Part shown: piece by piece, positions 1 through 11,346 of the stretch
How the letters are laid out: every line of letters starts with the position of its first letter
How positions within the stretch are numbered: position 1 is the first letter of the stretch
Assembly (NCBI GenBank): GCA_032718475.1
Contig: JAUCBJ010002072.1
Location: forward strand, 1-49,760
Source of the DNA: Nemertoderma westbladi
Lineage: Eukaryota; Animalia; Xenacoelomorpha
Reading direction: 5' to 3'
DNA: 49,760 nt
The notes under the pieces: model-generated
Told to the model about the DNA's origin: nothing
What the model saw: only the letters and a program-made list of their open reading frames with translations
The model's database searches: none
Made by a program: the position numbers and the translations under genes

Positions 1-1026
1 TTGATTTCACTAAATTCTAATTCAGTATGCTACTAATAATTATAAATACTGTAGGTCAAGCGCAGTGGAAATTTAGTTTCTCCAAAAGTGCTGTATCCCT
101 TTCAAATTGGTCTGTATGGTATCCATGTTACCAATTGGGGTGTCGTTTCAGCCTATTTTAACAAATTAACTTAATTCCGCGAATATTTAATTTAAATATT
201 CACCATTAAAGTACCCTTTAAATGAAAGTATCAGGTTAAATGGCAGGCTTTTCTAACCAAAACAATAAACTAAATTTTGGAGACACAGTTTGCAATAAAT
301 TCGCGGGTTTGTGTCAAGCCCCCCACCCCCCCCCCCCCCCCCCCCCCCCCTGTCTGACTTTTACAAACCTTTTTTATAGTTTTTATTCAGTCAAATTCAA
401 TCTAAATTGAAGTAAATTTCCAACCCTGCTCAGAAGCTTCTATATTATGGTATACCGCCGAGGTCGAGTTAAAGTCACCAACTTCAATTGCGGGTGTAAG
501 CAGTGAGTCTAAATCTAAGCTTGGGCAAACAACGTACACAGTTTTTCTCTGTTTTCTAAATAGGGTGAAAATATTTTTCCCATTTAGGACTTCACCGCGG
601 AGAAGATTTGAGCGAAGTAGCTTAGTATGACAAGCTTGCAAAATGATACATTTCGTATATTCGATTAACCCAGGAACACCCGAACAGATTAATGATTCTC
701 AACAATATGCCATCTGCGGACATGGTTTTTTCCAGAGTTTCTTCATTTAGAAAACACCCAGCAGCTATTATGGTTTCTTTCACAATCTGATGTGGAATAG
801 GGTTACCAATTGTGTATGATTTTGGAAGTAGCATGACGTCTACCTTAAAACTTGTCTGGGCTTCTGTAGCAGGTTGTAAGGCACAAGAACAGAAGTCGCA
901 AAGTTTCTACGAAACATATTGGACATTTCACTATTGACAGAAGTAATGAAGCGACGGGCTTCCAGGTCATCCATAATTAATATAGGCGAGAATGGCTAAT
1001 TCAGAACAGAAGACTGACTGACTGTC

Positions 1027-1070
1027 AATCTACGATCAGTGAGTTCGTAATCTACGATCAGTGAGTTCGT
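1027..1070. repeat. 22-bp perfect tandem duplication
   Basis: AATCTACGATCAGTGAGTTCGT occurs twice head to tail. Confidence 0.9.
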
Positions 1071-1225
1071 GAGAGTGTAGGAATGTTGCAAATTGTAGAC
1101 ATACCGATAACTCTCCTAGGCCTACCCTGTTTTCAACTACTGCCCAAGTCTGCTAGTCCCTAGGTTCTAACTGCGATTCAGATAGCCATCGTCAGATTGT
1201 CTAATGAATTCTAGAATAATAAGTC

Positions 1226-1489
1226 CATCTCGCTGCGAGAATAACATCTCGCTGCGAGAATAACATCTCGCTGCGAGAATAACATCTCGATGCGAGAATG
1301 ACATCTCGCTGCGAGAATGACATCTCGCTGCGTGAATGACATCTCGCTGCGAGAATGACATCTCGCTGCGAGAATGACATCTCGCTGCGAGAATGACATC
1401 TCACTGCGAGAATGACATCTCGCTGCTAGAATGACATCTCGCTGCGAGAATGAAATTGCGAGAATGACATCTCGCTGCAAGAATGACAT
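1226..1489. repeat. 19-bp minisatellite with palindromic core, about 14 units
   Basis: Unit CATCTCGCTGCGAGAATRA; core TCTCGC-T-GCGAGA is an inverted repeat; explains the repetitive ORFs at 1167-1522. Confidence 0.95.
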
Positions 1490-2189
1490 GTGCATTTGAC
1501 CAGAATGGTGCCCCATATACAAGCTTCAGCCAACACAACTTGGGAACCTGGCATAACTTATCCCTTCAATAACTATCTCATTGTTATGATTGCAATTGTC
1601 AGTTCTAACTCGGCTATAGTATACATACAATCATGATTTGATAGAAATTGACAGTTCTTTAGACTTAAACAACCTAAAAACTTATAAACATACTGCAACC
1701 CTCCTTTAAACCAAATATAGTTTGTTTTAACACGTCCGCAGTCTGATTTTCTTTTGTTTTACGGTCCGTGATTGCCGTTGCTGCATTCTATCAAACAAAA
1801 ATTACAAATCCAATATATAATACAAATCTAAATTCTTCAGTTTATCGAAATGTATTATCAGCCATCACACATCAGTTTTGTAAAACATAGTTTCGCACAA
1901 CACAACAGACTGACTACAATTCAACAAGTAGGGGGTATTAGTATCCACCAGTAGGCCTACAGTACTCTGTAGTGCAATGTGGTAGTACGAGCCTACTACA
2001 AGTACTAAATAATGTTTTAGTCTAGAACACTAATTAAATCCAAAAAACACATAAAAAAAAACACATTAAAAAATGTAGATTTGGTGTACATTTATGGAAG
2101 TGATACCAGTTGTCTTATTATGGCATCATTATTGTGTTAATTGTGATTAACAGTTTAGTAAACAATAAGGTGGTCTAATTCATATGAAG

Positions 2190-2846
2190 TGTAAGCGGAT
2201 TCAATTCCGCCTCATTACCCACCAGAAAATGGGATAGTGGCATTTCAGCAATATGTTGGAGATACGAGATTAGCAATATTAATCTCGTATCACAACCAAC
2301 ATTTTTTTTGGGGGGGGGGGGGGCAACACAAGCCCCGAAGCCACACACAAAGGAAGGTTAGAGGTCAAACCACCTCGGAGGGGACACAGCTAGTAGAGGC
2401 TAGCAGCAGAGGGGAAACACTCCCAGAGAGTGAAAGGGTGACAAGTAGGGCATTAGCCAATAGGGGGGAGGAAAGCACCGATAGGGCAAAGGAGAGCATC
2501 CATTAGGTAACAGGCCAAAGTAGCGTAGGTGGTGAAGCAATATATGGTGTATCAATCATATATTATCCCAGATTCTTTTGTTGGTACACTTAGTTAGTTA
2601 CTCAGTTAGTGCAGACCGGTATCAGTTGTTTACCGTCATCGTTACTCTATACAGCATACCAGTACCCATCACATCTGTACTTCTACAACAAGTTATCGTG
2701 CTATTTTTATTTATGATATCAAAGAGACAATACCAGACTCTCATTGTTTTCCTACAACGGCCTCAGCCAAGCTACTAGCACCATCCTTGATGTAGAATGG
2801 TGACGCGTAAAACATTAACCCAGTCGGGATCTTCGATCCCGTCACA
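2190..2846 (+). repeat. 5' LTR of element A
   Basis: TGTAAG...GTCACA; matches 48201-48854; contains the perfect 12-bp stem GATACGAGATTA/TAATCTCGTATC and terminal hairpin CGGGATC-ttc-GATCCCG. Confidence 0.92.
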
Positions 2847-2924
2847 GCAAACAACTGCCAACTGCCAACTGAACTGTGACTGCCAGACACCAGATAGCCA
2901 GAGACAGTAAAAGAGAGATAGAAG

Positions 2925-3834
2925 ATGAGACAAGGAGAACCCCGATTATCTGAGGGAGAGAGGACGCCGCCGCGGACCCAGGACGACACCAACCAAACGA
3001 TCCGCGAGGCCGCGACGCGACAGTATCGACCTGCGATGCCGGATTCGCCGACGAGGGACGATCTGGTACCCCAAGCGGAGGGCGGCCGTCAACCATGAGG
3101 GAGGGACGAGTCGACGCATGACAGCGGTCGGAGTACCGGAGTCGCCAGCCAGGCACAGGCCGAGGGCGACGGACGGCCCACCGGAACGGCGACGGTGGGG
3201 CCGCCGGTATGACGCTGAACCAGGAGAGGAGAAGGAGTCGGCGAAGAGGACGTCGGGACGAGTGATCGGCTACGACGGGCCTACAACGCCACAAAGAAAC
3301 TACTGAAGGAGGCCAGAGAGGGAGGAAAGGTAAACCAGCCTAAGTTACACCAAAGGCTAGGTGAGTCAAACAAACATTTTCGGTATATAGTCCGTTTTGG
3401 ACAGGGAGAACTGGCGAGTGAGAGAGCGAGGGGGGTCGCAACAAAACTGTTCGAACTGTGGCGATCCGGGGTTATGGAGCCTGAAGTAGTGTACGTAGGG
3501 CCGTACTTAGTGGATGCTAGGAGAATTAAGTTAGTGGGTAGGGCGGATCCGCATGGGGGCGAACCCGAGGTTAACCCCGAGGATTTGGTCTCGTCGGTTG
3601 GCGAGAACCCCAGAAAGCGGGGGAAGTTAGTAGGACAGAGAGGCGACGGGTGTCCGTCGCGACCGATAAGTCCGGTACATCCTCCGCAAAAGCAAGAAGG
3701 GTGTTAGAGATAGATCTGGCGTGTCAACTGGACATGGTGGCGCTAGACCAGAGAGAATTAGAGAGGCAGTTGGATGAGGGAACTGCATTGTTAGAAAAAG
3801 AGAGAGAGTTTGCGAGGGAATGTAGAGAGAGGGC
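2925..3834 (+). pseudogene. gag: Decayed N-terminal part of element A gag
   Basis: ATG at 2925 after the LTR; broken ORFs 3118-3306, 3474-3707 and 3650 onward; the E/R-rich coiled coil is cut by B and resumes at 42263. Confidence 0.55.
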
Positions 3835-4062
3835 TGATGGATTATTTCACTATAAGGTAGCATTTGTAGCTTAATGTAAAAACTTTCTAAAATCCGACGC
3901 ATTTTGATTAAATTACAGTAATGTATGATGGATTATTTCACTATAAGATAGCATTTGTAGTTTAACGTAAAACTTTCTAAAATCCGACCCATTTTGATTA
4001 AGTTACAGTAATGTAATATGCCTATTCATATTAGTTCACATAAAACCCGTAGTTAATCTCAT

Positions 4063-4146
4063 GGCGTAGTGGTCAGATGGTTAAGGCGTTGGTTGCATTA
4101 CAGATAGGTTACGAGTTCGAATCCCAGTCGGGAAATTTGCATTTTT
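4063..4146 (+). ncRNA. tRNA-derived Pol III module (A box, B box, T5) in the 5' LTR of B
   Basis: GTGGTCAGATGGTTAAGGCGTTGG resembles the tRNA-Ser/Leu D arm GTGGCCGAGTGGTTAAGGCG; B box GAGTTCGAATCC at 4113-4124; TTTTT at 4142-4146; no full cloverleaf. Confidence 0.7.
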
Positions 4147-4182
4147 GGGGCAATATATTTTCATTTGGTACAATTTAATAGA

Positions 4183-4345
4183 CCAATGAGGTGCGTACAA
4201 CACATGGAACGATGAGTTGGGCCAATCATAGGGCATAGAACATCTTATTGCTCCAATGTGAGGCCATGGAATGCTCTGGAAGGTTCTAGCAGATTCTATG
4301 TCCCAGATTTAGTATATAAAGGGCTGGTTTGCCTTCGGTTATCAA
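4183..4345 (+). promoter_or_regulatory. Pol II promoter of B: three CCAAT boxes and a TATA box
   Basis: CCAAT at 4183, 4222, 4253; TATATAAA at 4313-4320; in the 3' LTR, TATA at 40657 is followed by Inr-like TCATTC at 40685; block nearly identical in both LTRs. Confidence 0.7.
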
Positions 4346-7013
4346 TCAATCCTTACTTCATTGGTTACACTTAGTAGTATTTGTTTTGTTATAAATCTGT
4401 TTGATAAATCATTTTGCTAAACTGTAAATATACTGTAAACTTCTGAACATGTATATTTTCGAACGTCCACCTTTGGGTCAGCCAAGCATTAGAAAGATGG
4501 CCGCCTAGACCGTTAGGCCGTCAGCAACGCAGGGAATGATGTCCACAACACGCTAGCGCCCACATTAGATTAGACCGCGCACCCCCTTCGCCCTTCGAAA
4601 TACTCCACCTTGCCATGCAGCGCCTGATTTCCGAGGAAGGTAAGACTTTGTTTGACGCCCTTGCCCGACGTAAGACCTATAGATCAGGGTAAGCATGATG
4701 CTGTTCTGGGACGCCGCAAAATTTAGGATCAAATAATTATATTCAGACAACCCCCCCCCCCCCCCCCCAATCAGTACTGCAAATCCCTGGGTTAACCTGT
4801 ATACCTCACAGGTGCAAACTATTGCCGTTCGTCAGTACGCGAGTACACATTAGGTAGAGACAGCATATGTTCCATAATTTAGTGATTCGTACTACTGACT
4901 GTTTGGTACTGGTTCGCTTTGTAGAATATACATTAGTACCCCCCCCCCCCCCCCCTTGTCTGAACCTTAGTTATTTGATCAGGCAAGGAGTATTTCTGCT
5001 ACCGGCACACCGCTTGGCCTAGGGAGGTTTTATTAATATCCTACCGCGCCTTGCCACGTACTGATAGGTATTGCTGCTAACTACCGCAGCAACAAAGTTC
5101 TAGAATCAAATTTGTATACCAGATCAGCTAACGTACGGTAGCAATTAACCCCTATTTCTTATCTTATAACCAGAATCTGGTATTTGTGCCGATCACGGGT
5201 GTAGTTACTAACACCGTGGTTGCCCAGTTGAGTTGTGGATAGGAAGGAGAGAGCTTTGATGTCATTTGTAAGTATAAAGTTCTACAAAACGCGACTAGCT
5301 TATTTTAGTAGCTAGTGCATGGTATTGTTTCGGTCAGAGAATTACTAAAACCTAGTAAATGATATACACCAAAATTGTTTTATTGTAACACACCCACACA
5401 CACACGCCCTAATACATATTTACCCTTAGAGTTCTACTAGATAGCGCACTTTAGATTACTTTAGGCAGAATGAATTTATCTTACTTTTGGTAAGTTTGTA
5501 AAATTAGGATCTGATATTTAGTTACGGCAAGGGAGCATTTCATTTTCGTTATTAAACTGTTGTTTGCCTAGAGCATCAGTATTGTTACATTAGGTACGAC
5601 CTTTTTAGACTGATTTCGTACAGGGGGATCAGTATTGTTACATTAGGCACGGCCCCTTTTAGACTGATTCAGACAGGGAGATCAGTATTGTTACGCTAGG
5701 TCTGTAACCCAACTAGCTCGTATATAAACCATATAAATCACACCGCGGCAAGTTACTGTATTTAGGACTGTCAGCGATAGTTAGGATTCGCTGCGCGGGG
5801 ATTGTTTTCCCGTGAGTTTGGTCTGTTACTGTAACTGTACATCTGCCATACCGGTTAGAGGACAGGTATCCCTTTGTCTAGTTTATAGGCATTAGACCCG
5901 CTCACGTACATAGAATAGACACCAGGCTCTGCTCCTTGCCAGTAGTAGTTTGTGTATTGTATCTGTTTGTTTAGATATCCTGGACTGGGATTTGTTGTCA
6001 GATACTGTACGAGCCCGTTTCATTACTAGAGTCTTACAGTAAGATACATCGTTACTAGGATCTGGTAAGCGGTATACTACTGGACTTTACGGATAGAGAT
6101 TTTCTATAGCTTCGTATTAGTAGATTTGTAGGCTGTAGGGTAGTCCCTACCGTAGAGGACACAACAGTGAGGTATATATTTTATTAAATATCTTAACTGA
6201 AAGTGCGTGCGCATTTTAAAGTGAGATATAAATAAATATATATTGTTAGCTATTGTAAGTAGGAGATATTTAAAAAATTTAAGGTTAGTAAAATTTAGTA
6301 ATTATTGTAGAACGTCCCCTGCTTCAGTAGGCTTTTAGGGTAGCTAGTACTTTCGTATTTAATATTTGACTAGCTAATAATAGTTAGTTAGTAGCATTTT
6401 GTTTTACGCCGTGTGTGTGCGGTGTTACTTTCGGTACTTGAAAAGGTACATAGGGTTTAAAGACCAAGTTGTATCTGTACCTAGGAAGATTTTCGTAGAG
6501 TAGAAGTAAAACTCTCACCTTCGACTTTTCAGGACTCAAGGACTCATTTCTGGACCGCTTCGAGGATTAGACCGCTTTTAGCAAAGTTTGGGAGACAAAA
6601 AATTCGTCCGCGCCGCCGAATTACGGAACGACCCACGTCCGGTTTGTATTTGGGAATTTGTACGACTGGAAGATCAAAGGAGCGTAAGTTTTACGACTCG
6701 TGTCGTTCAAACTTAAGAAAGCACAATAGTACTCAAAATTTGTGGGTTTCACTGTCTAATTAGTAGTGTTGTTGGTACTTATTTTTCCCGTTAGACGTTG
6801 CTGTTTTGCCTATTATTTGTACTTGTTGATCTACATTTTGGTAACGTATACCGTTATCTCACTTATTCGTACAAATTTAGCCGGTAGGCTAGATTATTAT
6901 ATTTGATTATATACCCTTTTGATTTTATTTTTACCGGTTAGGGTATATATATATAGTATATATATATATACCAAGGTAAGTTTGACATTTCGACATTTCG
7001 ACATTCTGATACT

Positions 7014-8789
7014 TTGACATTTTATTACCCGTACTTGACGTATATAATAGACATGAGTGATACACCACATTCGACTCGATACCCACCTACCGACTATGAC
7101 TCGTGCGATCCGGACAGATCGACAGTAGACGAACCGAGAAGGAGAACCCGAGATTCCACCGATGTCACACTGCGTGCGTCGCCGGTACCCCGAACGGAAA
7201 TACCGGAAGCCGCAACGCGTGGCGACGGCAGAATCGAAGATTTCCTTACCATCCCACAGACCAGATCGCCGGAACTGGACATGGTAAGTTCATCTGGAAG
7301 CCAGGAGAACATTATTAGGAATATAGGAGGACACATGGCCCAGATTACTCGAAACTTCGGAGAACGTTTTCATGTTTTACGAGAGTTAACCGCCCCGATG
7401 TCGAGATACGAGTTCTACGCCTTACAGGTAAGGATAGAAATTAGGGTACATACGTCCGTAGATAAACTTAAAGGTTTACACGAACTTGCAAGGTTTACAC
7501 GAAAACTTGCAGAGTTGCGTGGCGACAACTTTACTCAGGTAAAGATAATAGATAAGTTGGTAAGTGCGAGGGAAAGCCTCATTCAGTTTAAGTCGGTTGT
7601 AGGATCGACTCAGCAAGAACAACTCGACCAACTGTTAGGTGAGTCAGTTTCGGACGCGTTGTTACAACCCGAAGAGGAAGAAGAACTATACTGCCTGGAC
7701 GGGAGGTTAGGGACGCTCACCAATTTTCTTCATAGATGCGGAGTACAGATCGAAGAACCGGAAGTTGTACCGAGAGGGATGATGGAAGTTCTATCTACGG
7801 AAGGCTCGCGGGACTACCAAATTCCACCACTGGATAGATCATTCGTTAGTGTACGGAGCAACGTTGGCGACGTTGGCGACGTTAGTAGAACAGCGTCTGT
7901 AATTACTCGACAACAACAGGAGGTCGCACGCCGACAACAAGTCGTCGAGGAAGAAGCGCAACGGCAGATGGCGCAGATCGCCATCGAAGGAGAAAGACAG
8001 CGCAGAGAGGATGTAGCGAAACTTGCGAAACTTCAAGCGCAGGCTGAGTTCGAAGCATCAGAGATGCGGAGACTGGAGCAGGACTTAGCGCGAGAAGCGG
8101 CCGCGGCGGCAGCAGCCGACGAGTTAGCACGACAGGCGGCAGCTGACGAGCTAGCACGACAGGCAGCAGCTGACGAGCTAGCACGAGTTGCGGCGGTAAA
8201 CGCAGCTGAGTTGGCACGGAAGAAAGCAGCATCCGACGCTCGTGCCAAGTTGGAGGCGCGACAAATAAACGCTCATTTAGCTATACAGGAAGCGGAGTTA
8301 GCAGCACAACAACAGGAAGCAGATCGACGCGAAAGGGAGATGCAGCTCCAGTTCGAACTAAATCGCAGATCGCACGAGGCGGCGAACGAGCAAGAGGACC
8401 TCGAACTCGACGCAAGAGATAGATCTATAAGGTCTCGAGCTGGACACGACTTGTCTGCCCTGGATCGCATGGAGACTCGATATCGCGGAATTCAGAAGCG
8501 AATCGAGGAAGGAAGTGTGGGAGCGATAGACCGAGGAGAGGAGTTTGTCGAGGATTACTGTAAACGTTTTCCCCAAGTTATTCCTATGCTCAAACCCACG
8601 ACTCCAGTGCAAGGTAATAGGTTTGTTATGACGGAATCAATTCCGCAGCCACGAGCGATTTCATTGCCGATTCTCGCAGGTAAGATAAGTAGTCCACCTA
8701 CTGTAAGCCGTAGTTTACTTGTAGAGAGGGACGAACCTGCGTTTATGACAGTAAAACAGGTGAGTAAACCATTCAAGTTAAACCTGTGA
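7014..8789 (+). CDS. gag: Element B gag N-terminal region, long coiled coil with AAADELARQ repeats (likely ATG at 7053)
   Basis: 591-codon ORF downstream of the 5' LTR; Q/E/A/R-rich heptads; 27-bp repeats at ~8090-8220; continues through broken frames into the DUF1759 region. Confidence 0.7.
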   Translation: MTFYYPYLTYIIDMSDTPHSTRYPPTDYDSCDPDRSTVDEPRRRTRDSTDVTLRASPVPRTEIPEAATRGDGRIEDFLTIPQTRSPELDMVSSSGSQENIIRNIGGHMAQITRNFGERFHVLRELTAPMSRYEFYALQVRIEIRVHTSVDKLKGLHELARFTRKLAELRGDNFTQVKIIDKLVSARESLIQFKSVVGSTQQEQLDQLLGESVSDALLQPEEEEELYCLDGRLGTLTNFLHRCGVQIEEPEVVPRGMMEVLSTEGSRDYQIPPLDRSFVSVRSNVGDVGDVSRTASVITRQQQEVARRQQVVEEEAQRQMAQIAIEGERQRREDVAKLAKLQAQAEFEASEMRRLEQDLAREAAAAAAADELARQAAADELARQAAADELARVAAVNAAELARKKAASDARAKLEARQINAHLAIQEAELAAQQQEADRREREMQLQFELNRRSHEAANEQEDLELDARDRSIRSRAGHDLSALDRMETRYRGIQKRIEEGSVGAIDRGEEFVEDYCKRFPQVIPMLKPTTPVQGNRFVMTESIPQPRAISLPILAGKISSPPTVSRSLLVERDEPAFMTVKQVSKPFKLNL

Positions 8790-9501
8790 CGTGCTGCGCG
8801 AACCCAGTCATTTATAAACCTACAGTAGAGCTTAACTCTGATGTTTTTACTAGACCTCTCACCTTCTCACTTTGTGGAAGGCTTGCGAGCCTGCCGAACA
8901 ACGCAGGACGATGGATGTGGGTAGTACCCACAGGATCGAACCGAGTTCAACGAGACCTACGACTTCGTGGAAGGCTTGCGAGCCTACCAAACAACGGAGA
9001 GCCGTAGATCCCAGACCACAACGAACTCGACCAAGAATAATACGCGGGACACGAACCCGCCAACCACCTTATCCGGATGACAGCGACTCATCTAGCGACT
9101 CGTAGTCGACGGAACGGGAAATATTCCGTACTGGAGTGGCAGCGGCAGCGGATTACAAACGGGAGGAGAGATCGACAAATCCATACATCGACAATCCACC
9201 ACGAGAAACACCCCAACAGAAACCCACGTTGCAACCAGCGGAAGCGATTATCGCCAAACAGTTCACCGAGGTGACGGACCGACTAGCTCAGATAGAAGAG
9301 TGACTCGAAGCGCAACCGTCGGATCGATCACGAACCAGCGCGGAGTTAGAACAACCTGAACAACATCGACCACCAAGGAGAGAACAGGAGACTAGACAGA
9401 CTCCGAACCATCGAGAAGAAGATCCCGTTAATATTTCCTACCGACGAACAACGCGCGGAAGGGAACGACTGGACGACGCAACCGAACAGGGATGCGGACA
9501 G

Positions 9502-10629
9502 TTGGATTTAGTTAGCGAGATTGCGAAATTCGCGGCTAGACACGGATTACCGACACAACAACCGCCGAAGTTCTCTGGCAACGCGAAACACTGGCGAACA
9601 TTGGTAGACTACGTAGAGTCCCAGATCGCTAAGTGTGCTTTCACCTCGACGGAGAAGTTTAATTACTTGCTCCTAGTCCTCTCTGGTGAGCCGAAACGAT
9701 TAGCGGAAACCTTTATTGGTGTTCCAGATGCCTTTGAGTTGGCGTACAACCGTTTATATTCGATTTACGGAGGTAATGTCGCCATGGCTAAATCCATTAT
9801 CGAAGACCTCTGCAGAGGAGGCAGCATTTCGAAACCGATCGATCTTCTACAACTTGCGGACGAAATTAAAAACGCTATAGGGACTTTACGGTCCATTATA
9901 CAACTCGAATACGCTAATGCACCGACAGTTCTCATTCGAATAATCGGTCGACTTCACCATCGACTACGATGAGAATGGCGACGCATCGAGTACCAGCGTG
10001 AAGAAGCCGGTGGGCTATTGAAACTCACCGACGTCTACCAACTGATTTCGCGGGAGGCCATAATTGAGACTCGATCCAACTATACTGATCACCATATAGC
10101 GGCGGAAGGAATAGCTATTGCTGCGCCGAATCGGACCAAACCGTTTCTGACGAATGCGAAAGCCCTGACTTATGCCACCCCTACTGAAACTTCTAAAGTT
10201 CTGACACCTATCGGCACCACGCAGCCACGACAACAGTTGCCGGCAGACTTTGTGGGATGCTCATACTGCGAGCGGAACGGCAGAAACCATAGCGGACATA
10301 AACTATGTGGATGTCGCGCTTTTAAGGAGTTAGGAATCGAAGAAAGAAGACTTCAAATTCGATCTTTGGATTCTTGCTGGAGATGTACGAAGCCAGGACA
10401 CGTCCGGAAGGATTGCCCGAGCGACGATACATGTCCTCTGTGTGGACGTAACCATGACGCGTTACTTCACACAACCAGTCGTACTCCGACCAAACGCTTT
10501 CGACGAGAGCATGCAGATAAAGCGGCTAGATGCGACGCGCTTTATAAGGAGCGTGCGCCGCGCGAGATTCGTACTTTCTACGCGGATTGTACGAACCAAT
10601 CGGGATCATCGGACGAGGACGAGGATTAA
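9502..10629 (+). pseudogene. gag: Element B gag core (DUF1759-like) with three BEL-type zinc fingers
   Basis: PPKFSGNAKHWRTL...KFNYLLLVLSGEPKRL...RLYSIYG; CSYC..H..C, CWRCTKPGHVRKDC, CPLCGRNHDALLH; in-frame TGA at 9970. Confidence 0.85.
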
Positions 10630-10644
10630 GACGACACATTTTAC

Positions 10645-11346
10645 ATGCATGCGGGTGAGGAACAGCCATCTGTAACACTCCTCACACAGAACCAATTGAA
10701 AGGGTTTAGCGTGATTCCTATAAAGATTACCGGAACCCGAGGGAGCAACCGTATATACGCTATCTTGGACTCTGCGTCATCGCATAGTTATGTCGACGAA
10801 CAAGTAGCTGACGTGGTTACGGACATGAGTCAAGGTAAGACTGCTCAGTATACTGTAAGCAGCATGCATGGTAAGAGAGCGATTCCTGTGACGAGAGTAA
10901 AACTAACCTTAGACACTCTTCTTTCCAAAGCGGAACACAGCAAGGAGGAGCGCTCATTACTTCCGGTAAGAAATTTGACCTTTGCAGCTACGAAGGACTT
11001 TAGTAACTTGCTCGGCCCTGTGCCAGAGCAATCACCGGAAGATCGTAAGTATTTCCGACACCTTGGAATACCGGAATGTCCTGTTAATTATCGCTCCATC
11101 GCGATGTTAATTGGGACAGACCAGTTTAACTTACATCAGGTATGGGAGACACGCCCATCTGTTATTACAGCGGGCAACCCCTACGCATGTAGAACTCCCA
11201 TAGGTTGGTATACTAGAGCACCAGTGCATTCACTAGAGGTAAGTGACCAGGAGGACGACGTTTTGAGTACGTGTAGTTTACTGACTAACGCAATAGATAA
11301 TTCTCCTTCACACTCATGTGGTCCAATTGTACAGACTGCACTATGA
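10645..11346 (+). pseudogene. pol: Element B aspartic protease
   Basis: YAILDSASSHSYV, MLIGTD, RTPIGW; same frame as gag after a TAA in an acidic tract. Confidence 0.85.

Larger units (their letters stand above)
3835..6091 (+). repeat. 5' LTR of element B (2257 bp)
   Basis: Starts TGATGGATTATTTC, ends GGACTTTACG (CA in the 3' LTR); first 91 bp duplicated; ~160-bp extra block at ~5009-5167; ~53-bp repeats at ~5575-5700. Confidence 0.92.

Noticed and set aside
402-975. Short minus-strand ORFs in the left flank
   Set aside because: No recognisable domain; could be a decayed gene or element but cannot be supported
1167-1522. ORFs with repeated SRSEMSFSQRDVILAARCH
   Set aside because: Translation artefact of the 19-bp minisatellite
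2819-2829. 11-mer CCCAGTCGGGA shared by the A LTR end and the B tRNA-like module
   Set aside because: Expected by chance at this window size, same polarity (not a primer match), and altered in the other A LTR
4063-4133. Functional tRNA gene
   Set aside because: Acceptor and anticodon stems do not pair properly; only promoter boxes are retained
4500-4730. Ribozyme in the conserved GC-rich block of the B LTR
   Set aside because: No hammerhead CUGAUGA/GAAA core or clear HDV-like pseudoknot could be identified by eye
6942-6972. GG(TA)n..(TA)nCC palindrome in the B leader
   Set aside because: TA microsatellites are self-complementary by nature; no independent support
10627-10644. Programmed readthrough at the in-frame TAA between B gag and protease
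   Set aside because: Sits in a D/E tract where GAA>TAA is the simpler explanation; B has many other stops
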